The notes under the pieces: generated by a model | Told to the model about the DNA's origin: nothing | The model's database searches: none | The model's input: the letters and a program-made list of their open reading frames with translations, nothing else | Shown here: piece by piece, positions 30,720 through 40,516 of the stretch | Position numbering within the stretch: the stretch's first letter is position 1 | Layout of the letters: each line of letters starts with the position of its first letter | Position numbers and translations under genes: made by a program | Assembly (NCBI GenBank): GCA_963720135.1 | Contig: CAVREJ010000028.1 | Location: 38,680 to 102,679 of the forward strand | DNA from: an uncultured Acidobacteriaceae bacterium | GTDB taxonomy: Bacteria > Acidobacteriota > Terriglobia > Terriglobales > Acidobacteriaceae | Length of the DNA: 64,000 bases | Direction of reading: 5' to 3'

Positions 30720-31589
30720 GTGCTCACGGCGAGTTCCAATTACTTCTCTATGCGTGATATAGACAAAAACGCGCTGCTCACTTCGCTAGGCAAACAGCTC
30801 ATTAATGGATCTCTCAATGATCCCGCCGTGATGCAGGCTACCGAAGCTGCACCCGATTACAAAATTCTGCCCTGGGTGAACGTCGTCAAGATCGGCGGAC
30901 AGAGCATCATGGATCGTGGCCGGCAAGCGGTCTTGCCCGTGGTGGAGGAGATCGTCGCCAACCTCAAGCAGCACAAAATGATTCTTGGCACGGGAGCAGG
31001 AACGCGCGCCCGCCATATCTACAGTCTGGCCATTGACCTTGGCCTTCCCACCGGAGTGCTAACGGTACTGGGTACTGCGGTCGCGTGGCAGAATGCGCAA
31101 ATGCTGCATTATTTGCTGGCGCAATATGGAATTCCCTTCATCGAGCCAGAGGGCTTCGGCACGCTACCTCATTATCTTATGGAACGCAACGCCGTCATCT
31201 GCCAAGGCATGCCGCCGTATAAGCTGTGGGAGCCGAACCCGGACAAGGGGCGCATTCCGCCGCAACGCACCGATACCGGATGCTTTCTGATTGCGGAGGT
31301 CTTCGGCGCACGCAAAATGATCTATGTAAAAGACGAGGACGGCCTCTACACCGCCGATCCCAAGAAGAATTCTGCCTGCGAACACATCCCGCGCATCGGT
31401 GTTGAGGAACTTCTGGCCCGAGACCTTGACGATCTCATCGTCGAGCGTGCAGTACTTGAATTTCTGGTGCGCGCGCGGCACATCAAAGAGATCCAATTCA
31501 TTAATGGATTGAAGCGTGGCCAACTCACCGCTGCATTGAACGGTGAGCCTGTGGGGACCATCATCTATCGCAATGGAGACCCAAGATGA
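30720..31589 (+). CDS. mosB: Molybdenum storage protein beta-subunit-like (amino-acid-kinase/UMP-kinase fold)
   Basis: VVKIGGQSIMDRGR, ILGTGAGTRARHIY, GMPPYKLWEP, QRTDTGCFLIAEVFGARKMIYVKDEDGLYTADP and INGLKRGQLTAALNGEPVGTII closely track the Azotobacter vinelandii MosB sequence as I recall it. The start is uncertain (GTG 30720 or ATG 30750). Confidence 0.75.
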   Translation: MLTASSNYFSMRDIDKNALLTSLGKQLINGSLNDPAVMQATEAAPDYKILPWVNVVKIGGQSIMDRGRQAVLPVVEEIVANLKQHKMILGTGAGTRARHIYSLAIDLGLPTGVLTVLGTAVAWQNAQMLHYLLAQYGIPFIEPEGFGTLPHYLMERNAVICQGMPPYKLWEPNPDKGRIPPQRTDTGCFLIAEVFGARKMIYVKDEDGLYTADPKKNSACEHIPRIGVEELLARDLDDLIVERAVLEFLVRARHIKEIQFINGLKRGQLTAALNGEPVGTIIYRNGDPR

Positions 31590-32405
31590 GCGCTGATGAG
31601 AGGGGCGCCCAGCATGTGCACTCAAGCCTGATGCGCGAATCGCTGGTGGATAGACATGTGATCGCGCGCAGCGAGGCGCAAGTTACCGCCATTCTACCCG
31701 ACGTTAATGTCATCCAGATCGGGGGACGCTCCATTATGGACCGCGGTCGCTCCGCCTTGATGCCGCTGCTGGATGAGATTGTGGCTAACCAGTCGAAACA
31801 CCGGATGATCATTGGGGTAGGAGCGGGCGTGCGTTCTCGACATATTTTTTCTGTGGGCCTCGACTTGGGTTTACCCACCGGCGCGCTCGCCGCTCTCAGC
31901 GCTAAAGATGCCGCACAAAATGCTTATATGGTTTCTTGCCTGCTGGCGAAACACGGCTTCGTCTATTTGGAAGCGCCGTTTGTAGTGCAATTGCTTCCCG
32001 CCATGCTGGCCGCAGCGCGCGGCGCGGTTTTCAACGGCATTCCTCCCTATTCGCTCTGGGAGCATCCCCCAGCAGTTGGCAAGCTCCCCCCGCACGGGAG
32101 CGATGCCGGATCATATTTGGTAGCGGAAGTCTTCGGTGCTCGCAGCATGATCTTTCTTAAGGACGTCGACGGCCTCTACACTGCAGATCCAAAGACCAAT
32201 CCGCAGGCCGAGATGATACGAGAGATAAGTGTCGAAGAGCTAATCCATAGAAAATTGCCGACGCTTCCGATCGAGCCTTCCGTCCTGGAGCTTATGAAAC
32301 ACGCCAGGCTGGCTCGAAGCGTGCAACTGGTTAACGGCCTTGTATCTCGGCAATCTGACCCGGGTATTGGCAGGCGAGGCGGTTGGAAGTGTAATCCACA
32401 CCTGA
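31586..32405 (+). pseudogene. mosA: Molybdenum storage protein alpha-subunit-like, one apparent frameshift near the 3' end
   Basis: IQIGGRSIMDRGR, GVGAGVRSRHIFSVGLDLGLP, PPHGSDAGSYLVAEVFG and VDGLYTADP are as in MosA. After VQLVNGLV the conserved tail GNLTRVLAGEAVGSVIHT* continues in another frame (shift near 32341-32352, stop at 32403-32405). ATGA overlap with mosB. Confidence 0.7.
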
Positions 32406-32476
32406 CGTTTGGGTGGCAACACGCCCTTCAATGCTCACTGACGCCCGCGCGGCCCTTTGCTGAAGGACCAGTGCCG

Positions 32477-33898
32477 CTAGCGGGTGTAAAGCCGGTCGAG
32501 CAAGACGCCATCGGCACTGACCAGCGAAATCTCGAGCGCAAGAACCCCGAAGGCGTGGGTTGAACAACTAAGGCACGGATCGTATGCCCGAACCACTGCG
32601 GAGACACGATTCAACATGCCTTCTTCCAGGCGATCACCTTTGATGAAGTGTTCGGCGACCTGGCGAACACTCTCGCCGATGGCATGATTGTTGTGGCCAG
32701 TAGCGACGATCAGGTTTGCCCAAACGATAGCACCGTTGTCGTCCACCTTATAGTGGTGAATCAAGGTGCCGCGGGGGGCCTCGATCATTCCCACCCCCTC
32801 CAGCGCGTTAACGCCAGCCGTCGCGCGAACGTGCGTATCCAGTACATCCGGTTCCAGCAACAGGATCTTGGTACGCTCGATGGCGTACAGCACCTCGATG
32901 AGCCGGGCGTAGTGATAAAGGAACGCGCTGTGCGGTGTGCGTCCAAAACGCTGGCGGAACTCCTGCAACTCCGCATCGGCCTGCGGCGTGCCCAAGGCGT
33001 CGGCGACATTCATTCGTGCTAGCGCGCCCACCCGGTAGCTTCCTTGCGGATAACCCAAAGAGCGGTAGAACGGTGCTTTCAGATAAGAATCAGAAACTGT
33101 GGCCTCAGCGATGAACTCTTTGTAAGCCTCGGCCGCAATGTTGTCCTGCACGATCTCGCCTGATGCGTCGCGGAAGCGCAGTACGCCGTCGTAAAGCTGT
33201 AGGTTTCCGGCGTAATCCACCATGCCCGCGTACATGGTTGGCGCCGATCCGAAACTTGCAATCTCTTCGGGGAACGAATCCAGGAGGTCCTTAAAGATGC
33301 CCAAGGTCTTTTCCGTGGTCGCCATCGCCAGTGGAATGGCCGCCAGGAAACGGTCGCGCGTTTGCACGGGCATTGGCGACTTAACGCCGCCGGGTACGAT
33401 CCAGGAAGGATGGACGCGCTCCTCGGCCAGGCCCTCGATGATCTGCAGTCCAAACTTGCGCAATTCAATGCCGGCACGTGCCAGCTCGGGATTAGCCTCG
33501 ATAACGCCGACAACGTTGCGGATTGCAGGATCGGCGTCCATGCCGAGCAGAAGATCAGGGGCCGCAAGATAGAAGAAGCTAAGCGCATGCGACTGCACAA
33601 TCTGGGCGCAATGTACGATCTCGCGCAGCAGCTGTGCGGTCCGCGGGATCCGAACCGCCATGATGGCTTCGCATGCTTTGGACGACGCCAGCTGATGGCT
33701 GATGGGACAGATGCCGCAGATGCGCGAGGTAATGCCCGGCATCTCATAGAAGGGGCGGCCTTCGGTGAACTTCTCGAAGCCGCGGACCTGGGTCACCTGG
33801 AATCTTGTGTCGGTCACTCTGCCGGCGTCGTCAAGCTGAATCGTGATCTTGCCGTGACCTTCGACACGGGTTACCGGTTCAATCGTAATGCGCTTCAT
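32477..33898 (-). CDS. hoxH: [NiFe] hydrogenase large subunit, group 3 (HoxH-type)
   Basis: 473 aa. N-terminal RVEGHG and RICGICPISH (L1), C-terminal DPCLSCSTH (L2), followed by a cleavable extension. Confidence 0.9.
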   Translation of the reverse strand: MKRITIEPVTRVEGHGKITIQLDDAGRVTDTRFQVTQVRGFEKFTEGRPFYEMPGITSRICGICPISHQLASSKACEAIMAVRIPRTAQLLREIVHCAQIVQSHALSFFYLAAPDLLLGMDADPAIRNVVGVIEANPELARAGIELRKFGLQIIEGLAEERVHPSWIVPGGVKSPMPVQTRDRFLAAIPLAMATTEKTLGIFKDLLDSFPEEIASFGSAPTMYAGMVDYAGNLQLYDGVLRFRDASGEIVQDNIAAEAYKEFIAEATVSDSYLKAPFYRSLGYPQGSYRVGALARMNVADALGTPQADAELQEFRQRFGRTPHSAFLYHYARLIEVLYAIERTKILLLEPDVLDTHVRATAGVNALEGVGMIEAPRGTLIHHYKVDDNGAIVWANLIVATGHNNHAIGESVRQVAEHFIKGDRLEEGMLNRVSAVVRAYDPCLSCSTHAFGVLALEISLVSADGVLLDRLYTR

Positions 33899-33906
33899 CG
33901 CCGCTC

Positions 33907-34437
33907 CTATCCAAACTTGATCTTGGCGTTGGCTTCCGGCTTACGCCCCTCGAGCAGGTTATTCAACAATCCTGCGATGACCTTGGTGGGAGGCGGACAT
34001 CCAGGAAGACAGATGTCAACCTTCACGAAATCGTGCGCCGGACGCGCCTGCTTCAACAGCTGAGGAAGGCCATCGAAGGGAATGCATGGGGTTTCATCGG
34101 CGCCCTCGACGTAAATTCGCTGCAACAGCTTTTTCACCGGAACTGTGTTTCGCAGGCCAGCCACATTGCCGGTGACGGCGCAGTCGCCGAGTGACACCAG
34201 CATCTTGGTGTTCTGGCGGATTTGCTGCAGTTTGTCCACGTCCTCCTGGGTGCTGATAGCGCCTTCGACCAGAGTTACGTCCACGTCTTCAGGAAACTCC
34301 TGCGCATCCACCAGTGGGCCATAGACGATATCGACCTTACGCACGATGGGAATCAGTGCGGCATCAAGGTCGAGCAGCGACATGTGGCAGCCCGAGCAGC
34401 CATCCAGCCAGACCGTGGCCAGCTTGATTTTCCTCAT
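33907..34437 (-). CDS. hoxY: [NiFe] hydrogenase small subunit, group 3 (HoxY-type)
   Basis: 176 aa. Motifs [19 protein letters not shown] and CLPGCPP; short group-3-type small subunit. Confidence 0.85.
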   Translation of the reverse strand: MRKIKLATVWLDGCSGCHMSLLDLDAALIPIVRKVDIVYGPLVDAQEFPEDVDVTLVEGAISTQEDVDKLQQIRQNTKMLVSLGDCAVTGNVAGLRNTVPVKKLLQRIYVEGADETPCIPFDGLPQLLKQARPAHDFVKVDICLPGCPPPTKVIAGLLNNLLEGRKPEANAKIKFG

Positions 34438-35147
34438 GCGTGAGCTCCTCTCCTGTGAGCCAGGGACGTGATTGGAGCCGTCGACCTAACCATTTCTTCC
34501 ACGGCCTTGCCCTTTTCGGCCAGAGCGCCGGTAGGGCAAGCCAGGACACATTTGCCGCAGTTGGTGCAAGTATGGGAGTCGCCCCACTTCTGGTCGAGGT
34601 CGGGAACAATACGGGCGTGAATGCCGCGCGACACCATCGCCCAGACGTGGGCGCCCTCGATCTCGGCACAGGTGCGAACACAGCGCGTGCACAGAATGCA
34701 GCGATTGTGGTCCAGGACAAAGCGCGGATGAGAGATGTCCACCGGCTGGCGGGGAAAGTTGTAGGCAAAGCGCACGCTGGTGATGCCCAGCGAGTACGCC
34801 ATGTCCTGCAACTCGCAGTGTCCATTGGCCACGCACACCGCACAGACATGATTGCGTTCCACCAGGAGGAGTTCAATCGTAATCCGGCGGTAGCGTGACA
34901 GCCTGGCCGAGGTGGTGACCACTGACATCCCATCCTGTACCGGTGTGGTACAAGCCGGGAACAGGCGGTCAATCCCAGAAACCTCGACCATGCACAGCCG
35001 GCACGCTCCAACGCTGCTCAGGCCTTCCAGGAAGCAGAGAGTTGGAATGTACTTCCCGCTCAGGCGGGCAACGTCGAGAATCGTCTGGCCCTCAGCGGCG
35101 TTGACCAGCTCACCATCGATACGGAGCGAAATTTTCTTTTGCGGCAA
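34434..35147 (-). CDS. hoxU: Hydrogenase diaphorase Fe-S subunit (HoxU / NuoG N-terminal-like)
   Basis: 237 aa. [2Fe-2S] motif [19 protein letters not shown] plus [4Fe-4S] motifs ([23 protein letters not shown]). 4-nt overlap with hoxY. Confidence 0.85.
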   Translation of the reverse strand: MPQKKISLRIDGELVNAAEGQTILDVARLSGKYIPTLCFLEGLSSVGACRLCMVEVSGIDRLFPACTTPVQDGMSVVTTSARLSRYRRITIELLLVERNHVCAVCVANGHCELQDMAYSLGITSVRFAYNFPRQPVDISHPRFVLDHNRCILCTRCVRTCAEIEGAHVWAMVSRGIHARIVPDLDQKWGDSHTCTNCGKCVLACPTGALAEKGKAVEEMVRSTAPITSLAHRRGAHA

Positions 35148-35164
35148 GGCGAGACTCCTCCTCT

Positions 35165-38100
35165 CTATCGAGAAACCGTCGCTTTCGCGTCACAACGCAG
35201 ACAGCGGCAACATTCCTCATGGGTTTCTTCGGCCGATAAACCGATCACGACTTCGTCAAACGTCGCAGCGCGCTTCGCAGGCGGCAACGAATGCGGGCGA
35301 TGTCTGCGGCTTTCGCTCGGTGCTTTGGGCGGAGTCTGTTCGTACTCCACCGGTTCGAACAGCATTTCCCAACGCTTGGCATCCATCAACTGCTCATCCA
35401 TGGCGCGTGCCGCCTGCTTGCCGTACGCCATGGCATTCGACACATTAGAGGCGCCGGTCACCAGATCGCCGCCGGCAAAGAAGCGCGGACGACTGGTCTC
35501 CAGCGTGAAGTGGTTCACCTCGATCGTGCCGCCTTCCTTGACTTGCAGGCCCGATGCCTTGGCAAAGTCGAGGTCGACGGTTTCGCCGACGGCCAGAATC
35601 ACCGAATCGCAATCGAAGCGCCACACCTCATCGGTCAGGACCGGTTTGCGGCGGCCCGAGCGGTCGTACTCTCCCAGGCGGGTCTTGACCATTTCCAGCG
35701 CCTTAACGTGCCCCTTGGCGTCGCCGATGATGCGGTGCGGCGCAGCCAGGAAGACGATCTTCGCTCCTTCCTCTTCGGCTGCCGCGGTCTCCTCTTCAAT
35801 GGCCGGCATGTCTTTGCGCTCGCGGCGGTAAACCACCGTTACCTCGCATCCCATGCGACGCGCGGTGCGCGCCGAATCAATGGCTGCGTTGCCGCCACCG
35901 ATCACCACGACCTTGCGTCCTAGTTCGACCGGTTCGCCCTTGGAGATGGACTCCAGGAGCGGCAAGGCCGGGAACACGCCTTTTAGTTCGGTTCCTGGCA
36001 GGTAAACCCACGATTCTTTCCAGGTTCCGATGGCAAGGCACACCGCGTCGAACTGATCATCCAGATCGTTCAGCGGGAAGATCGGCGCCAACGCGAGTGT
36101 TGAATACGAATTTCACTCCCATGCGCTCGATTAGCTCGACCTCGCGGCGCAGCACGGGTTTGGGCAGGCGATACTCCGGCAAAGCGAAGCGCAGCATGCC
36201 GCCAGCCTCTGGCATGGCGTCGAAGACGGTTACGTCATGGCCCAGCAAGGAAAGATAGAACGCGGCGGTCAGGCCAGCCGGGCCTGCGCCCGCGACGGCA
36301 ATCTTGCGGCCTGTCGGTTCCAGCTTGCGCCCGGCGATACGTTGGACCGCGCCTTCAAAACGATCCGACAACAGCACGCTATCGGCTATAAAGCGATGTA
36401 CCTCGCGCGTGTTCACTGCGTCGTCTACCGTCTGACGGCGGCAGCGCTCGTCGCAAGGATGCTGGCACACACGCCCGGTCGAGCAGGGCAGCGGATTGTC
36501 CATGATCACGGATTCGAATGCGTCCTCGAGACGGTTCTCCTTATAGAGTTGGAGAAAACGCGGAATGTTCATATGCAGCGGACAACTGTTCTCGCAAGGC
36601 GCGAGCGCCAGCTCGGTGCAAACGCCTGCCAGGCAGCGATGGGCCACAATATGATCTTCGAACTCCTGGCGGAAGTGGCGCATGGTGGTGAGCACCGGGT
36701 TAGGCGCGGTTTGGCCGAGGCCACATAAGGAGCAATCGCGGATATAACGGCTGAGGTCGTCGAGCGTCTCCATATGCTGCATGCGACCGGCTCCCAGCGT
36801 GATGCGGTTCAGAATGCGCAGGCATTTGTTCAGGCCAACTCGACAGGGAACGCACTTGCCGCAGGACTCGGAGTTGGTGAATTCCACAAAGTAACGAGCG
36901 ACGTCAACCATGCAATTGTCTTCGTCCATCACCACCATGCCGCCCGATCCCATGATGGAGCCAAGCTGCGCCAGACTTTCGTAGTCCACCGCCGTGTCAA
37001 ACATCTCGTGCGGAATGCATCCGCCGGAAGGGCCTCCGGTTTGCACCGACTTGATGCTGCGGCCATCCACTCCACCACCGCCGATGTCGTAGATGAAGGT
37101 CTTCAGCGGCGTGCCCAGCGGCATCTCGACCAAGCCGCTGCGATGTACTTTGCCGACCAGGGAGAAGACCTTGGTTCCGGAACTCTTGGTGCTTCCGGTT
37201 TCGGTGAACCACGCCGCCCCCCGCGTGATAATGGGCGCAACGTTGTACCAGGTTTCGACGTTATTAATGTTGCTGGGCTTGCCCCATAAGCCTTTCTGAG
37301 CGGGGAACGGGGGACGGGGACGGGGTCGTCCGGCTTCGCCTTCCAGCGATGCTATGAGCGCAGTTTCTTCGCCACAAACAAACGCTCCCGCACCTTCCAC
37401 GAGTTGAATGTCGAACTTGAAGCCGCGACCCAGGATGTTGTCGCCCAGCAGCCCATATTCGCGAGCCTGTTCGATAGCACGGTTGAGGCGGTGGACCGCC
37501 AGAGGATACTCGGCGCGCACATAAATGATGCCTTGCGTCGCTCCCATGACGTAGGCGCCGATGACCATGCCTTCCAGTAAAGCGTGGGGATCGCTTTCAA
37601 TTTCGTTGCGGTTCATGTAGGCGCCGGGATCGCCCTCATCGGCGTTGCAGATGATGTACTTCTGCTCGGCAATCGCCTTGCGCAAAAATTCCCATTTGTT
37701 GCCGGTGAGGAATCCCGCGCCGCCGCGTCCACGCAGCTTGGAAGCTTTTATCTGTTCGATGACGCTCTCCGGTTTTTCATCGATCAGCGTCTTGTAGAGT
37801 GCCTGGTAACCTCCGACGGCGATGTATTCCTCAATGTCGTCTGGATTGATGAGGCCACAGTTGCGCAGCACAATCTTTTTCTGGTTTTTGAAAAATGGCA
37901 CTTCGTTCCACAGCGGCACGTCAGGATAACCGTGTCCGTAGCGCGTAGTTCCGGTGATGTGGTCCCACTCCTCTACCTTGCAATAGGCCAGTTCGGAATC
38001 GCCGATCTTGCCGCTGGAAATATCGTGGACAATGCGCCCGGCGTCGTTGGCTTGGATGCGTTGCAGGATAAGTAAAGGGCTTCCTGGAATGTAAACGTTG

Positions 38101-38327
38101 ACCAATGGTTCCTGGTAGCAGGCACCAAAACATCCCGTGCCGGTCAGATAGAAATCGGTGCCACAACGTTCACAGATCTCGATAAACGCATGGTACAAAC
38201 TTTCTGCGCCATTGCCGCGGCCGCAGGTACCCATACCGATGGCGATGCGGGGGACGGAAGGCACCAGCTTGGCCAATCCAGTTTCACGGACGGCATTGAA
38301 TGCGCCAATATCCTCAATACGCGGCAT
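35165..38327 (-). pseudogene. hoxF: HoxF/NuoF-like NAD(H)-FMN subunit fused to a GltD-like (glutamate synthase small-chain type) FAD/NAD(P)H module; one apparent frameshift
   Basis: From ATG 38327 (MPRIEDIG):
- Thioredoxin-like [2Fe-2S] domain.
- NuoF core: GRGGAGFLTGNKWE, ESCGKCVPCR.
- GltD-type Fe-S region: CENSCPLH...CQHPCDERC.
- IAVAGAGPAGLTAAFYL.
The frame changes near 36078-36092, then VVVIGGGNAAIDSART...FAGGD and a C-terminal ECCRCLRCD follow. Confidence 0.8.
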
Positions 38328-38863
38328 CAGTCGTTCTCCCGTTCCAGCGAGCGAACTTCGCGTTGCAGGGTGCGTTCGTTTACGTGCCCGCAGATGCGGT
38401 GGTTGATCTCCACCACGGGAGCCAGGGCACATTGCCCGAAGCACGCCACCGTGCGGATGGTGAACTTCTGGTCGGCCGTGGTCAGGGTGAGCTTGTCAGA
38501 ATCGTTGGCCTCTTCGTCTTCGTTGAGTCCCATTCCCAGCTCAAGGCGAAGACTCTCCAGCAGTGCGCGCGAATTGCGCGTGTGGCACGCCGTTCCCCGG
38601 CAGATACAGATCGTGTTGTCGCCTTGAGGCTCCAGATTGAACAACGCGTAAAACGTCGCCATGCTATAGACGCGAGAGGGTGGCATATCCAATCGGTTGG
38701 CAATGTATTGCAGGGTTTCCAGAGGAAGGTACTTATGAGGGTTGTGCTCCTGTACTGCCTCCAGAATGGCCAGCAATTCGCCGGGACGTCCCTTCTGCTG
38801 GGTGATAACTTGATCAATAAACGCCCGTTCGGCGCCGTCCAAGGAAAGTTGAGCAGTGACCAT
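38327..38863 (-). CDS. hoxE: HoxE / NuoE-like [2Fe-2S] thioredoxin-like ferredoxin subunit
   Basis: NuoE blocks: SMATFYALF, ICRGTACH, ACFGQCALAP. I chose the start at ATG 38863 (MVTAQLS) behind an AAGGAG SD. Its stop overlaps the hoxF ATG (TGATG). Confidence 0.8.
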   Translation of the reverse strand: MVTAQLSLDGAERAFIDQVITQQKGRPGELLAILEAVQEHNPHKYLPLETLQYIANRLDMPPSRVYSMATFYALFNLEPQGDNTICICRGTACHTRNSRALLESLRLELGMGLNEDEEANDSDKLTLTTADQKFTIRTVACFGQCALAPVVEINHRICGHVNERTLQREVRSLEREND

Positions 38864-39431
38864 GTGCTTGGCGCTCCTTTCTGAGCCAGAGACCAGCGCT
38901 CCAGGGGAACTTCTCAGCACGATTCCAAAACTCGTCAAAAACAGGGAATTTGAGCACTTCGCCTATGTGGCCGGACCAGTTCCCTCTTCATACAAGTAAG
39001 CTTCGGCTTCTACGGACAATTGCTCAGTGCTGTGCATCACGTCAGGGGGTGACGCGTGGGCGAAAAAGGGAATCCCAGCACTATGGGAATGCAATTGCTC
39101 GATCTGGGTCGTTCTGCAGAAAGACGTTATGCCTTTGAACATACATTTCTTCCCGATTTCGCTGGAATAATGGTCTTCGTCGGACATCAATTGGGCTTCT
39201 GGAATTGGGAGATGGGTCTGGTCGCCTTTGGCGAATTTCTTGCCTTTGCATCGGCTGCGACGCGTCGTAGCTGAGCACTTTGACGATCAACGGATTATTA
39301 GGTGATAGACCGTTGACTCAGGTACCGGGATGCGGCCACGCAGGACATGGTCAGGGCGCACGGCAAGATAGTGGATGTTGCGTTAGACGGAGCGCGAGCA
39401 GACCGCAAGGCGAGTTAACTTATTGAACAGA

Positions 39432-39463
39432 TGGTGAGCGCGGAAGGAATCGAACCTTCAACC
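39432..39463 (-). other. tRNA 3'-end fragment (T-arm + acceptor strand + CCA), not a complete tRNA
   Basis: The minus strand reads GGTTGAAGGTTCGATTCCTTCCGCGCTCACCA: T-stem GAAGG/CCTTC, loop TTCGATT, 7-nt acceptor strand, discriminator A, CCA. No D-arm or matching 5' acceptor strand upstream. Confidence 0.5.
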
Positions 39464-40321
39464 TACTGATTAAGAGTAGGACGATCCTGGAACGACATTT
39501 TTCTGCTTTCGCCTATAAAGATCAATGGCTTACCCAAAACTTAGCCCGCACGGAAGCGTTTTTACCTGGTATTGAAAGGAAGCACTTTAGCTCACACGGG
39601 ACCGAAGCGTACGGCACACTTATGGCACACCTTTGGTGCTGCGTACAGGCCATGCCTGCCACGCCGGTGTAGCGAAGTACGCCTACCCTCCAATAAGACT
39701 AACGGACGGACGCGTCGGCTGCGTACGTCGCGACGGGTTTCATTCAAAGCGAGTCGAGTCTGAATGGCCTGTTTTCTCGCTTATGCTTGAATTGCAAAAC
39801 GAGATCCCTCTCAAGAGATCTGACCATAAAGAGGACTGACCATGCTGCAACCCAACGGCCAGAACGACACCGAGAATAAGGAAGGAGCACTCCAAAAAGT
39901 ACTCGACTTGGAAACGAATGCTATTGATTTCGGCAGTCGTTGTGGCAAGCATGGCCGTCGTGCCGCATTCACGGCATGGGGTGCCGCTCTACAAATCTTT
40001 GAGCCGAGGGACTAATTTCTCGGGAGCAGGTCAGTGCATCGGAACTTGGTTGGCTGCCGCACTAGAATAGTCACTTTCGCACAACTATCTCCGTAATACC
40101 AAGGGCCCCGGTAACAATAAAAAGCAGGGCCGCCCATGCGCCTTTTCCATAGGTCACGATTCGCCACATCACCTCTCGAAATAGAACACTCGCCGCATAT
40201 GCACACACAAAGAGGAGGCTACCCGATAAAAAATTGAAGCCAAACCTAGTAGCAGCAGAGCTTGACCGGCTAGAAGCCCCAAGGAAAGGAAAACAACCAC
40301 CGATACCGATGAAAGGGGTCC

Positions 40322-40516
40322 ATGAAGGAATGTAATGCCCGCGAACTGGTTTGGGTCGCAACGAAGTCGTTCACTGGCTGGCGGTGCCGGGCGTGCGGAT
40401 GGGCGCGCCCGTATCGTCGACTCATAGACCCCGACAGCAGTTCCAAGGTGGACGCGCGGATTGCTTTCGATCTCCATAAATGCGAGGAGAATCCGCTCCA
40501 TCGCAGGGTTGATTGA
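40322..40516 (+). CDS. Hypothetical small Cys-containing protein (64 aa)
   Basis: The ORF follows an AAAGGGG SD-like sequence. It contains W-R-C-R-A-C-G-W and H-K-C (a possible small zinc-binding fold). Supported only by ORF/SD logic. Confidence 0.3.
   Translation: MKECNARELVWVATKSFTGWRCRACGWARPYRRLIDPDSSSKVDARIAFDLHKCEENPLHRRVD

Noticed and set aside
32406-32563. 3' extension of the mosA-like ORF overlapping the end of hoxH on the opposite strand
   Set aside because: It is an artefact of the frame change near 32345. The conserved MosA tail terminates at 32405 in the other frame, leaving a normal 71-nt convergent gap.
33079-35011. Alternative-frame ORFs inside the hydrogenase genes (33079-33747, 34364-35011, 34486-34836, minus strand)
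   Set aside because: They are on the same strand but out of frame with hoxH/hoxY/hoxU, whose metal-binding motifs fix the true frames. Their composition is Arg/Ser/Pro/Trp-rich, typical of off-frame translation.
39464-39482. Hairpin CCTACT-CTTAATC-AGTAGG read as an anticodon arm (anticodon UAA), suggesting a complete tRNA-Leu
   Set aside because: Position 37 would be U rather than a purine. There is no long variable arm as required for bacterial tRNA-Leu, and no D-arm or 5' acceptor strand upstream. Only the T-arm/acceptor part is tRNA-like.
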